The position numbers and the translations under genes are program-made. From Vicugna vicugna (Eukaryota): a stretch of 64,000 nt of DNA. Below, one piece after another: positions 1 to 13,084 of this stretch; positions within the stretch are counted from its first letter, which is position 1, and every line of letters starts with the position of its first letter. The notes beneath the pieces are model-generated. The model did not search any database and was not told where the DNA came from. It saw nothing but the letters and a program-made list of their open reading frames with translations. The stretch lies in NCBI GenBank assembly GCA_013265495.1, contig MU058059.1, forward strand, positions 1,488,001 to 1,552,000, written 5' to 3'.

Positions 1-151
1 TGAGAAAAGGTAGGACATTTAACTGACAGGAGAGGTGGTCTCAAATTATACACTAAAAATATATTTTAAACATGCAGCAGACAATATTAATTACAGCACT
101 CTTAGTAGGTGAGACGTGTCGAGCTTTTTTCCCTGGGACAGGGGAAAACAT

Positions 152-316
152 GCAGGCGTATCCGAATCACCTGGAGAGCTACAGATGTCTGAGCCTTGCC
201 CCCAGGGTACCTGGCTCAGTAGGTCTGGAGTGGGGCCAAGGAATCTGCATTTCTAACAAACCCCCAGGTGATGCTGACGCTACTGGTCCAGACCCCCAGC
301 AGAAGAACCGCTGTCC
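152..316. mobile_element. MER5-like hAT-Charlie MITE
   Basis: Characteristic gaatcacctggagagc ... aggtctggagtggggccaaggaatctgcatttctaacaa...caggtgatgctga. Confidence 0.8.
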
Positions 317-984
317 AAGTGTAACTCTGAATATCCAGTACCCTGTCTCCTCAGAGGACGTGACACAGCAAACCCAGACTGCTGAGAGGAGCAGCAGCCT
401 CACAGGCCTCAGACGGGACAGGCCTCCCAAAGCTGGTCCAGGCAACCCCCCAGACAGCAAGCTCCCCAAGATACACTCAGAGCCCTCCCTGCTCATGGAA
501 ATGGTCTATGAGATGAAACCAACTTAGACCTCCAGGGATGGGGCCTCAGCCCCACATGAACCACCCACTTTCAGCGGGGCTGATGCGGCGGAAACAGCGC
601 TAAACACTTGACACAGGCCTGTATTTAACACCTTGAAACTAGCCTCAGGCCAGATCATCGCTTCCAGTCCCACGTGGTGCCCGGGGGCATCAAAAACACA
701 GCTCATTTGGCATCAAAGCAAAGGCTGTGTGACACTGAGTCACTTCACTGACTGCATGACGTGTAAATGCATAACCACAACCCACATGGAGACCCCAAAA
801 CCCACATGCAAGGAAATGATGAGCACACGCTAACGGCCTACCATCCCCAGAACAGTCACCACGAAGGTCTCCCGGTCACGTCCACCCACCCTGCCACTTG
901 TAGGAAGGGATACAAGCAGCTGTCATAAGGAAACAGCACAGGGAACTGGAGGTGTGATGCAATTTACACCTTCTGGCCGCCAAG

Positions 985-1277
985 ACGTTATGATGAGGGA
1001 TTTCCTAGGTGTGATTAACATTCAGAGAGTAGACTCTGAGAAAAGCAGGTTACACACCACAGTGAGGTGGGCCTTGTCCAGTCAGCTGAAGGCCTTGTAA
1101 GAAAAAAGATTCACCTACCCCAAGAGGACAGAATCTGCTTCCAAACGGCCTCGGGACTCAAGACTGCACCATCAACTCTCTTCTGGGTCCCCAGCCTGCC
1201 AACCTGCCCTGGAGACTTCAGACTTGCCAGTCCCCATGACTGCAGCACTCAATTCCTTAAAATATGTCTATCTCTAG
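985..1277 (+). mobile_element. MLT2-type (ERVL) solo LTR fragment
   Basis: gattaacattcag...gtgggccttgtccagtcagctgaaggcctt...ctgggtccccagcctgccaacctgccct...ttcagacttgccagtccccatgac. Confidence 0.75.
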
Positions 1278-1681
1278 ATTAATACATATATATACATATA
1301 ATTCATCACCATCAAGTAGGGACAGAGATTGTGAACAGAGACTATGACAAGGCTGTCAAGTACTCCGACTGGTTCTGATCCTGGCAGATACAACCCTCTA
1401 CAGTTCACAATCTGTTCCTTGCCTGATAAGGATCAATTACCTCCATCTTTCTGAAAGAAAAGGCCCCCTTTCACCTTTAAAATGAAGATAACCTTTTAAA
1501 ATGTACCAGACTTAACAGTACATATATTCTATCCTACTATACATACAACCCACCCGGAAGCAACCCGTTTCGAGTGATTGAAAAAAAACGTCTACTGTGT
1601 TTGTACAAGGTACACAACTGCCCTGTGAACTCCCACTGTGAGCACAGACCAGGAGCAAGGGTCCAGGAGCTCACACCTTAC

Positions 1682-1753
1682 CAAACATCCATCCAGGTCC
1701 AAACGCTCTCTGGAATCCGTATTAAGCTTCCTCTTCCTGCTGGGCTGTTTCAT
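1682..1753 (-). CDS. L3MBTL4: First coding segment of L3MBTL4 (MBT-repeat chromatin reader); 24 codons, phase-0 donor, gene continues beyond the left edge of the window
   Basis: Translates MKQPSRKRKLNTDSRERLDLDGCL, matching the recalled human N-terminus MKQPNRKRKLNMDSKERLDQDGRL. Followed by donor TTG|GTAAGG (GT at 1681-1680). Start context gccATG. Confidence 0.93.
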
Positions 1754-1784
1754 GGCCATGTGAGCACTCCTTAGCAGTGTTTTT
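1682..1784 (-). other. L3MBTL4: L3MBTL4 start-codon exon (103 nt: 31 nt 5'UTR + 72 nt CDS)
   Basis: Minus-strand acceptor ctattttgcAG|AAAAAC (AG at 1786-1785) and donor GTAAGG bracket the coding match. Confidence 0.88.
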
Positions 1785-2124
1785 CTGCAAAATAGTGCCA
1801 CACTGAAGTTGATGGGTCTCTTCCCCTTTAGAATTATGAAAACAAACAAAAACCCCACACTTTCAATTATACTTTTTAATTGGTTGCCATAAATACACTG
1901 ATGAATAAACTGACATAAAAATTCCACTGTTGATTTTATAGCCCCTAGTATAATAATAAAATAATGGGGGGAAAAGATGCGTTTTCTACCTCTTCTAAAA
2001 TTTATATCACAAAAAAACCCAGGTATTTCCTTAGGTCCCACCTCTATGACATTTTTGGATTTTTTGCTTAGCTGACCCAACCAGTTAGGACCAATGCACT
2101 TTCTCTATACAGCTCCGTACTCAC

Positions 2125-2202
2125 ATGGTCTGACCCTCCACAAGTGTCAGGCAGAGGTACTCTTGGTGAGAGGCCCAGTCACACGAGGCACAGCACAGCA
2201 AT
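2125..2202 (-). other. L3MBTL4: Candidate non-coding 5'UTR exon of L3MBTL4 (78 nt)
   Basis: Strong acceptor ccttactttctctgttgcAG (2204-2203) and consensus donor CAT|GTGAGT (2124-2119), ~340 nt upstream of the coding exon. I recall a similarly placed short UTR exon in human. Confidence 0.65.
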
Positions 2203-2899
2203 CTGCAACAGAGAAAGTAAGGCAGCTTTTCCCCAATCCAGTCCATCATGACTGTCCTTTGGTACATCAATAATCAGTAGCAGACATTCTTTAATAAGTT
2301 ACCTGGAATTAGTTTTTTGATGGAGCATTTTGGAGAATCAACCACTAGTATTATACAAGTCCCACTGGCTATAATTCAAAAGGTCATTCATTTTGAATAA
2401 TTTTAACTACAATTTACATGTAATTTTTGAAAAGTTTAATAGACCTAAATCACCTAAAGTCCCCAGTGTTTTGGAATCATGAATCAACTTATTTTATACT
2501 TCCACCCGAACAATGACCCTAAACACTACAAACTGATCATACTCACCACTGAGCTCATCACCCCCCTTCACTGCCTCCCAATTCTACCCTCTCCTCCTAC
2601 TTACACTAATGACATGAGTGGCCACCCATTTGCCCACATCTGCCCGTTACAGTTGTTCTGACTGTGCACTGCACAAGAGCATCAAGACAAGGGACCAATG
2701 GAAGCTGAAATCTATCCTGGGCTCTGCACACAGGCCACGCATCCCACCACAAGGTTTCCATCTGCCAGGAAGAAAATATGTCTTTTTCTAATTCAAACAA
2801 ATACACCTTTTGAGCCAATGACAGCCCTGATTTGCCCAAGCCAGAGACAGAGGAGTGACCAGCATTTCATCCTTACATCCACCGCATGCTCTGTCACCA

Positions 2900-3330
2900 G
2901 GCTGTGCCGCGTGTAACCTATGGAACACGCCTGGAATTCATCTTCTCCATCTACTCTTATTAATGGACCACCTCCAGCCTCATGCCCGTCTGCACACAGG
3001 TCTTGGAGTTCTTGGAGCACGACGTGCACACAGCTTCTCCACCACGCGCCCTTGCTCATCCCATAGCCTCAGGACACTGCCCCTCCTTTGCAGCCTCTCT
3101 AATTCTTACTCATCCTGCACGACTCAACTAAAGGAGACTTCGTGTCCTTGAGAAAAGCTTTCGTTGCTCACAGCCTGCTGCCAAGGGACCAGGTGTATCT
3201 TCCCTAAAATGCATCATACCCATGCTGACCTCTCCCACAGCATCCAACGCTTCAGACATCTCGTGTTTGTATTTGCAGATACGTCTCCCTAGTGAGGCTG
3301 TGGGCATCCTGATGACAAGGCCTGGGAACA
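2900..3330 (+). mobile_element. Degenerate L2 LINE 3' fragment
   Basis: Pyrimidine-rich text with L2-like motifs (aattcttactcatcct..., tctccctagtgaggctgtgggcatcctgatgacaaggcct). Confidence 0.4.
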
Positions 3331-5609
3331 ATTGACCCCAGTTTTCTGCTGTCTCCGTAGTGCCTGGCTCACAGCAGACTCCCACATGCATTTGTTACCC
3401 TGCACTGCAGAAGCACGTCTCCCAGTTACAGAGAAGCCTCCAGTCCAATGGATATTAGTGCTCGATCCACGCACTGTTCCTTTTAGAATGCTACACGAAC
3501 AGAACAAGCAAGCTCTCAGACTTAGTAACTCCTTCCCCTTTCTCCTTCGTATACAAAACCAAAACCCCAAACAAACAAAAAACACTTCCTCATACCGTCT
3601 GCTTCCAGTCAGATAATATTTATGCCCTTAAGACAAGCACTTTCCTGCTAAATTCAATAACATTGCATTCATTTTGTAGGATGTAGATACAGTTTATCAT
3701 GCCTGGCTCCCGGCAATACTCTGAACACTATGCAAATGAGCAGCTTAGACCTGATGCCTTCAGCAAAGCCTCACTGCACCAGGCAAGCAGGGCCAAGGCG
3801 GGCCTGTCCTCCGCGGCTAACAACACCCCGCGGATGGTCAAACTGCAGTCACCAGGCTGCTGGGGATCGTCTCGCTGTCAGAGATCTGTCTTGCTAATAC
3901 TTGGTAATTATCTCACTAGCTCTGGTTTGTTTAAAAAAGAAAGAAAGCCTGAATTTATATTATTATGTATTGGGGAAAAAATGAAATTTTTTAATGCTGA
4001 GGAGATGTTTCCAAATACAATTAAGTAAAAATTAAATTTCCTTTAGACTTAGAAATAAAGCAAAAATATAAAAGGTACCAAACAGTCCATATAAGATTTT
4101 GCTGCCAGACCAAAAAAAAAGAATTAGATACAAATCCCATGAAACACAATACAAAGGAGATGGAGGATCTGTAGACAGATGATAGATGGACAGACAGACA
4201 GGTGGTAGACATGCTGACACACAGCAGAGGTTTTACAGAATCCCTTCGAATGTCAATTCACAGGACACATTCTAAGCAACCGAAGAGAACACTGCTTTTG
4301 ACATAAAATGAACTAGATATCCTTGGCCCAGTATCACAATATCCGGATTATTTTGATTGTCCAGGATACTGGCCTACTCCCAGGGGCACCAAATGTCACG
4401 TCAGCCATATGCCTCCCTGCTGAGCTTTGAAGAAATAAAAAAAAAAATTTAAAAAAACGTAGAGCCGAGGAAGAATAATGTCAGACTCCAAAACACATCA
4501 CAGAAGCAAGGGTGAACAGCTGCAGGGGGAGCTGGGCCCCAGCGTCCTTTAACACTGTTAGCTGCGGCAGAAAAGGTTATTTTAAGTGATTCTAATTAAA
4601 GAAACTTCTAAATAGTATTTCAGATTTAAACAAAAAACAGATGAGTATATATAATGATTTGTATTTCTGTGAAGAAACAGTGCACTGATTTTTCAAATTA
4701 ATCCTCTTAATCATTTTGATTTCCCTTTGTGGTTAATAGAGCTGGCTATCTGTACATTCCCAAACACTTGTCTTACTGACCTCCTGATTAAGCAGAGAAA
4801 TCAGACTTACTTAGAAATCATAAGAACAGTGTCAAGACTTTAAATTAGTCTATAAACAACAAAAATTATGCACAGTTGCTAAAATACGTCCAGTTGCTAT
4901 TTGGTAACTCTTTCAAAAGTAAGTATTGATCACCTACTCTTATCAGGACAGTCACAGGTGCCCTTCAGAACATAAGGATGGTCCATCAGACCTTCTCGAG
5001 GGGGAGGTAACTGAAGAAGCCACACGCCCTGGAGAACCCAGCCAGCTCTGCCTACGCCTCCCACCCTGGCGTAATTATTAACAGCGCTGCCTTTCACTCC
5101 CCAGAATGTTCCCCTTTAAACAATAAATCATATGGTCACTGTGTGGGTAAGAAACATACATAAATTAACAAGAAATATAATAAGAATTACCAGTGGGTAA
5201 TTCATGTGGTGTTCCCAGGACAACACCAGGAGAGACAGAGAGACTGAGAATGTCCAATATAGATCAGAAAATTTGTGTGGAGAAGCATCCTAGCTCCATC
5301 TAGGACACTGCATACAATTTAAAGTGAATTTAGCACCAAAATATCCAACACATATATCCAATTACTGTACTGATTTCCCACTGTTCCAAAGGTGTAACCA
5401 GGCTAAAATGTATTCATCCAGCTGAGGCTCAATACCAGCAATATATAGTAGTAGGTGTTGGAATAAGTTAATAAGTAATTACAACTGCACACATTTTGAC
5501 AACTTCTGCATGAATTGTTGCTCCCTACCCCAAGGGACTGCGTTGACAGTCACAGCTAACATGACCTGAGGACCCACATACACCCGGCACAGCCAGAACT
5601 CCTCTACAA

Positions 5610-5765
5610 ATAGACTTTCATTAATTCTTATTAATTAAATTTAGCACAATGCAACTTTTTTCTTTCCTTTTTTTTTTTTCTACCATTGTCACCACCATTT
5701 CACAGATGAGGAAACACTGCCCAAGGTTACACAACAAACAAGTGCCCAGGACAACTCTAGCCCTT
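5610..5765 (-). mobile_element. MIR SINE fragment
   Basis: ccatttcacagatgaggaaacactgcccaaggttacaca core. Confidence 0.7.
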
Positions 5766-6254
5766 CCTTTAGATGCCAGACTATGCTGAGCTTTCACAAC
5801 TGTCTTGTAACTTCAGTCATCTGAGATGTCACCACAGAGGGACAATAGCCAAACTCTTGCAGCCACAAGGATCTGAGCAAGAAAGGGACAACAGTCCCTG
5901 TCACAGAGCCCACCTCCAGGGCTGATCTGTACTGGCTCTTTACTTACATCAGGGCAGCCACCTACTCTCGTAATTTTTTAAAATTTCACCTTTATTATCT
6001 ATTTTGGAATCTTAACGAATTAACCACAATCGTGTACTGATTATGCACTCAGATATCTGACATGACGCTTTAGGATCACAGCACAGGAAGTCCCAAGATG
6101 CAGGGTCTAAAGGGGGCCTTCAGGGTTGTCTGAATTCAAAATATTACACACAGATACTTTACTAGATATATCTTCAAATTTGAATTCTTTCTGTCACCAT
6201 CACAGGTATAATAAAATCAGATAATCAGAACCATAATCCTTTTCCTTGCGTGCA

Positions 6255-6256
6255 TG

Positions 6257-6293
<37 letters not shown>

Positions 6294-6310
6294 CAAACAC
6301 ACACACACAC
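6255..6310. repeat. Compound microsatellite (TCTCTG)n(TC)n(CA)n
   Basis: Directly visible. Confidence 0.9.
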
Positions 6311-7299
6311 AATTACAGCAGCAGTACCAAACATAAAGGTCCCAGAGAACATCAGCACAGTAATAAGTCTGGTAAGTCTATTTTAAGGCCTACCTGTCTC
6401 AATTCTTTCTAGACCAATATTTAACAATTTACACTCCACTCAAAAGTATCTGGTGGCTAATATACACAGACACTTTCAACAGTATCTCTTAAGAGGTTTG
6501 TTCCCTGCTGAGGTCTCCTAACTTGAACCAGCTAAGTTGCTAAAAATTCCCTCTCAAAACTTCCTGCCAGGATGGAATGGTATATTCTTGCTCTGAGACA
6601 TCCCTTGGCCTTAAACACAGAACAAAGCCATTAAAATACACACCAATTGACCTCCTCTGTAAACCAGCAGCAAATGAGAAACAAAGTGGTGAGTGAAGCT
6701 AATCCTGAGTCCACTGGGCTCCAGGCTCTAGAGCAGGAGAAAGCAGGGGGCTCAGGAGTCCAGCTCCCCGAGCAGGTGTGAGCTGTCAGGTCATCAGGAG
6801 ATGGGAGCCGGAGCCAGGCTTGCCCCTGGAAGCCAAGCAGTGGCAGGAGGCTCCACCAGTCACACATGGAAGCAAAGGGAGCTTCTGGCACAAATGCTGC
6901 GAGTCTCAGGAGGCAGGACGAGCAAACACTGGTCCCAACCAAGAAGTGGGCCCCAGGGAAGTGGGTGAAAACAACCACAAAGTCAAAGAGCCAGGGGATG
7001 GTGGGCCCATACAGGTGAGAAACCAAAGTCCCCCCACCCACAGTGCACCTGCAAATCAAAACTCACAAGTACATAAAGAAAGCAAATGCTAAGGACAGTC
7101 AACAGAATCAGCCAATGGGAGAAAAATTCAGTCCTGATGAAATTTATACTATTTTTAAATAAATTTAAGATGTTCAAAAAGATACAGGAAAAGAGCTTTA
7201 ACAAAAGAGTAAGACTTTATGAACAATAATGCGAGTAAGTTAAAAAAAGAGCTGGATATGAAGAAGTTAAAGATCTTGGAAATTTAAAGGACAGTCAAT

Positions 7300-8230
7300 A
7301 ATATAAATAAGCCTGACATACTTTTAGCTAGACAGACCAAGAAAAAAAAAAACCCAGCAGATTCAAATTACTAAAATCAGAATGAGACAGATTGCATCAG
7401 AACTGATTTACAGAAGTCAAAATGATTACAAGGGAATATTATGAAAACTGTATGCCAACAAATTAGATGACTTAAAATGGAATTCCTAAAGACACAAATT
7501 ACTGAAACTGACTGAAGAAGAAATAGAAACTCTGAATATATCTATAAAAAGTAAAGAGATAAAAGTTATAATTTTAAGACTTCCCTAAAAGAAAAGCCCA
7601 GGCTCAGATGACTTACACCAAATACTCAGAGAATACCCGTCCTTCACAAACTCCTTCAGAGAAAGACAAGAGGAAGGAATACTTTAAACCCATCCTAGGA
7701 GACTAGCAGAATCTCGATCCAAAACCAAAGGTATTACAAGAAAACTACAGACCAATATCCCTTATGAATATAGATTCAAAAATCTTCAACAAAACACTAG
7801 CAAACTGAACCTAGCAACATATAAAATTATCATCCAACGTGACCAGAAATGCAAAGTTAGCTTAACATCAGAAAATCAATGAGTGTACTATACCATATTA
7901 AGAGAATTAAGGACAAAACCACACAATCACATCATTAACACAGAAAAAGCTTTTGATAAAAGAGATACCCTTTAATGCTTACAAAAATTCACAATGAAAG
8001 TAACAGGAATAGAAGGAACTTCCTAAACTGATAAAGAGCATTTATGAGACACCTACAATTAACACCATACTCAGCAGTGACAGACTGAGAGCTTCCCCCG
8101 CGATCACAGACAAGGAAGCCTGCTCTCACCCTTTCTATTTAACAATGTGCTGAGGTTCTAGACAGCGCAGTTAGGCAAGAAAAGGAAACGATGGGCATCC
8201 AGGCGGGAAAGGAAGCAGTAGTCTCTTCTT
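7300..8230 (+). mobile_element. L1 ORF2 internal fragment (post-endonuclease to RT), degenerate
   Basis: Remnants of KSPGxD, ENYRPISLMNIDSKIFNK and LSPFLFNNVL.VL..A.RQEKE..GIQ.GKE motifs. Confidence 0.9.
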
Positions 8231-8239
8231 CTCGGTGTC

Positions 8240-9580
8240 ACGGAAGAGTCTAAGAAGGAATGGCATTAATTCTTATTTAAATGTTTGGTAGAATCCACCC
8301 ATGAAGCCACCTGGTCCTGGGCTTTTATCAGCTGTTTTCTTGTTTGTTTGTTGTTTTGTTTTTTATAGATTTAATCCCCATAATAGTCACAGATCTGTTC
8401 AGACTTATGCTATTTCTTCATGATTTAGTCTTGGTAGGTTGTGTGTTTCTAGGAATTTATCATTTCTTCTAGGTTATCTGGTTTGTTGGTATATAGTTGT
8501 TCCTGGTAGTGTCTTATGATCCTTTCTATTTCTGTGGTACCAACTGTAATGCGTCCTCTCCTTGTTTCTTCTCTCTGAAGTCTTTGACTGTTTGTTAACG
8601 AGTTAAGCTAAGGATCTGTCAATATATTGTTTAGCTTTTATCTTTTCAAAAATAAGTTTTAAGTTTCACTGACTTTTTTTTTTCCTGTTTTCTATCTTAG
8701 TTACTTCTGCCCTAATCTCTGATATTTTCTCCCTTCTGCTAACTTCGGGATTAATTTATTCTTTGTCAGGCACCTTGAGGTGAAAAGTTAGCTTCTTTAT
8801 TTGAGATCTTACTTCTTTTTTAATGTAGGCATTTATCACAACAAACTTCCATCTTGCTACTGCTTTGCCGTGATCCCCTAAGTTCTGGTATATCGTGTTT
8901 TCATTTTCATTTGTCTCAAGGTATTTTTCAGTTTCCTTTTAGAGTTCTCCTTTGACCCAGTGGTTGTTCAAGAGTGTGTTATTCAATTTCCACATATTTG
9001 TGAATTTTCCAGTTTTCCTGCTGCTACTGATTTCTACCTTCACTCCATGGGACCAGCAAAAATACCTGGTAGGATGGTATGACTTCAATCCTTTTAAATT
9101 TGTCAAGTCTTGTTTTGTAAACTAAAATATGACCTATCCTGGAGAAAGTTCCGTATGCATTTGAGAAGAACACGTGCTCTGCTGCTGTTGGGTAGAATGT
9201 TCTGTATTTGTCTGTTAGGTTCATGTGGTCCACAGTGCTGTTCAAGTCCTCTGCACCCTTGGTGGCCTTCTGTCAGATCTTCCATCCGTTACTGACAGCG
9301 GGGTACTGAAGTGTCCTGCTCCTACTGTTACTGCTGCCTATTTCTCCCTGCAGTTCCGTTAATGCTTGCTTTACATATTCAGCTGCTCTGAAGTTAGGTA
9401 CATATATATTTATAATTTTTATCTCTTCCTGTTATTGATCCTTTTATCATTACATAATGTTCTTCTTTGTCCCTTGTGACAATTTCTGACTTGGAGCCTA
9501 TTTTATCTGATATAAATATAGCTACCCTGCTCTGTTTTGCTTACCATTTACATGAACTATCTTTGCCCACTCCCTCACTT
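8240..9580 (-). mobile_element. L1 ORF2 fragment (endonuclease to KSPGP...F..GFYQTF)
   Basis: ORF 9024-9245 gives MNLTDKYRTFYPTAAEHVFFSNAYGTFSRIGHIL (L1 EN). Reverse strand aaaagcccaggaccaggtggcttcatgggtggattctaccaaacattt at ~8280-8326. Confidence 0.92.
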
Positions 9581-10029
9581 TTCTCAGTCTGAATTCTCGA
9601 CTCTCCTGTAACAGAATGATCCATCCTCACTCCTGCCACGGCTCCATCTTGACCAAATGCACTCGACTTGGGCTTGGACTACGACTTGCTCTAGCAATCA
9701 GCAGATGCAGCGTGAGCTGAGCCCTAAAATGTGCTTGTGAATGAGTCTGCACTATACTGCACCTCTCCACCATTGAGCACGCCTCAGTTACACCTGCTCC
9801 TTCTAAGTGGCCCCAGGATGCACACACAGGTAGAGCACCCTGAGCCTGACTCGCAGCCTGCAGCCAAGCCCAGCATACCAAGCCTGAAGCCTTTTACAAA
9901 CCACCAGGGCAAGCCCAGTCTAGATAGGCCAGATCACAAGTCACCCAGCACCTATTATGGTACAAATAAGTATGCGTTGTTTTAAGGCACTGAGTTTCAA
10001 GGAGGTTTGTGAGGCAGTATTTTTGGTAG

Positions 10030-10810
10030 CAACAGCAGGCAGATGTAACAATCCACAGAGGGAAAAAAGGGACAAAACCATGAGTAAGTATTTCACACAG
10101 AATTTCATGGGAAGTTGCTCAACCCTGTTAGTCATCAGGGAAATAAAGACTAAACCCACACGAGATACCAAATCATGGCCACTGAAGTGATAAAAATTGA
10201 GAACTTGGACAATACTAGATGCTGACAAGGTCAAGGAGCACTGGGAACTCACACTCCACTGGCACAAGATTAACTGGTTTGACCACTGGAAAATAATCTG
10301 GCACAGACTCGAAACTGAAGACATTCCAGCAAATCCCACAACCCAAGACTCCAGCAATTACACCCCATTAGGAGACAGGTTCATATTAACGGGCCAGGGG
10401 GAGGGGGGCACTGGAAACAATCCACATATCTGTCTGCAGGAGTCTGAAAAAATAATGTATTATAGTCACACAGTATCACGTTACACAGTGAAAATGAGCC
10501 AACTGCAACTACATTTCGAAGAACAGATCTGAGCAGTAATGCTGAATGAACAAAGGACACCAGAAACCTGCATGCATTTTTTAAACAGGAAACCAAGCAA
10601 AAGCACTCAACATATATTCTTAAGTGGGAAATTATTTTGAAGAAGCAAAGAAACGATAAGCACAAAACTCAGCACAGCAGTTAGACAAGGAAATTAACAG
10701 CATTGTAATGTTCTCATTCTTAACTTGGATGTTGGCTTCATGTATCTTTTTTCTGTTATGCATCATAACTTACTTATAAATTGTGTTGTTTTGTATATAT
10801 AAAATGTCAT
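10030..10810 (+). mobile_element. Old L1 (L1ME-like) ORF2 C-terminus/3'UTR
   Basis: ORF 9957-10190 has CSTLLVIREIKTKPTRD, similar to L1 [15 protein letters not shown]; 3'UTR-like sequence follows. Confidence 0.75.
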
Positions 10811-11329
10811 AGGATTGTTTTAGTCATTTGAAATGGTATACCCTAGTCATGCACTATAAGAGAAAAGCTGATTTAAAAGAACAGATACAGTATTCTCTTT
10901 GCACTGAGTCCATCTTTTCCTGTCTCTAAAGCCTTTCAACGAGACTCGCTGCTTTTCTCTTATATTTGGGGGGGAAAACTCTCTCTAGACCCCTTCTGAG
11001 CACGTTCTGTGTGTGGTTAGCAAGAGGCAGCTCATCCAGGAGCCGCGCTGCTCCCACCCACCCGCAGCAGACCACACTGTTGTCAGGGAAGGAGTCTTAC
11101 CAAACCTGTCATGAAGTCGCCTGCTCAGTCTCCTTGAGGGACACAGGGTGTATGCTGAACCCCAGCATCTCTGCCTCCCGAGTGAAATGAGAGCAGGGAC
11201 AAAAGATGGGCATGCAAATCTCAAGTAAGAGAAACTGAGTCTGGTTCCCTTCAGCAACAAGGCACCTGCTGGAAGACTATCCAGGGCTCAGAGACTTGAC
11301 ATCCACGGCAGGATCAATGAGAGACAAAG

Positions 11330-12015
11330 AAATGCACGTTAAAAATAAGTATCCTCTCACACCCATGAACGCGACTGGCAGAGGTAAGTTTTATCAAGTG
11401 TCAGAGCAAATGTGAAGCGACAGGAACTGTCACGTATCCCTGAACTGTAAACTGGTACAAACACCAATTAGGCTCGGCTGTTTCCAAAGCCAGAGAAAAA
11501 GTATAGCACCTGGGCTCAAGGAACACGTTTACTGTGGCATTATTTGCAGTAAAAAGAGTGTGGTAATACCCCAAATATTCATGGATAAATAAATTGTGAT
11601 ACATTAATAAAATGGATTACAATACAGCATTTAACATAAATGCACCAGAGTGATAGATATTCCATCACAGACACATCTTTAACATACATCTGCACAAAAA
11701 GGTCACGTTGCAGGGTACCGCAGACCATTTACATAATGTCTACTGACAGATCCGCCAGCATCTAAGCAAAATATAAAAACATGACTGAGAATGATACAAA
11801 ACTACAGCCTTGCAGTAACATCTCAGGAGGGGTGAAAATTCATAGGTCTGGGGACAGGAGGGTCCAACTGTAATTACAATGTTTTCATTTCTTTTAAAAA
11901 ATGGAAGCAAATATGGCAAAATATTGTGACTGTTAAATCTGGATGATCAGCATGGAGTTGTTCATTTTCTTACTCTCTATACTTCACTGTATATTTGAAA
12001 TACTTGCAATAAAAA
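11330..12015 (+). mobile_element. Old L1 (L1ME-like) 3' end
   Basis: gtaaactggtacaaacac, ggataaataaattgtgatacatt...atggatta, terminal aataaaaa. Confidence 0.7.
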
Positions 12016-13084
12016 TTCAGCATTCAGGGGTAGTTTTATAGAAGGAATTTTATACGTCCTCCTATTTCCTTCCAGAAGGGTTTCATTTCCCCACGAATAT
12101 TACCACCCACAACAAAGTCACACAGCCCCTCAATATCACCTATTTGTTCGGAACCTTTCACAGCATCTGGGACACAGAGCAGACCACAAACGCCAGCATC
12201 CCCGCGAGCACGGTGGATCCGGCCGGCTCCCCCTGTGCCAGGCGGGCGGGGGCAGCCCCGCACAGCCCGCTGAGACTGCACGTGCCCCTGTGACACGGCC
12301 AGTTGGTGCAAAGCCACAATCTGTCTAACTCCAAAATTCTGCACCTTAACTAACGGCTCCACTTCCAAACACATACTGCGGCTGCCTCTCGCTACAACTC
12401 AGAGGCAAAGCACGTGTTTAATGCATAGCAGTAACAGTGACATACATTTCTGATTGTGAGATGGTGGGCAAATGTGTACGTAAACTTGCCTAAGCTCATG
12501 GGGCTAGCTGAGCGGAGCTGGAACTAGAATCTACGATTTAGGCAACAGAGCACAGCACATCTCACCAAGGAGGACAGACTACACTCATTACAGCAGATTT
12601 TCCAACAGACGCCTCTCTCCAGGCTTATCCAAATTAAATTCCTAGTATCACACCACTAAGCACGTTCCAGTAAGTCTCCCTCCACGAGTATCTTTAATAC
12701 ATGGGCACTCGAATCGTGACAACTAGTACTGCTGCCTAAAACGATCTGCCACATTAAATGCCATGAAAATACATCATTTGCGGAAATAAACTGTTTTGCT
12801 ACTAGAGCATGTCACTATTACGAGCAGTTCAGGACTGCATTAGCTATTTGTGAATTCTACTAATCAGAATTTTCATCAGGCAAATAAAAAACTAATGCTC
12901 CTGAAACTTTCTTTAATCTGATCCAGTGACAGGGACGATGTCAGCCCAGAGTGGCGGACAAGCCGTCCAATCACAAGTTCTCCATCCGACGCCCCAGCTC
13001 GCTGGCTACGAGACCCAGCCTCGTCCACACTGGCCAGACTGCAGGGCTCTCGTGGAAAATGACACCGTGTGCTAGGAAGTGTGC

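Noticed and set aside
1592..2080. 162-aa ORF as a complete gene
   Set aside because: Only 24-26 codons match L3MBTL4. The rest is intron/UTR read-through beyond clear splice sites.
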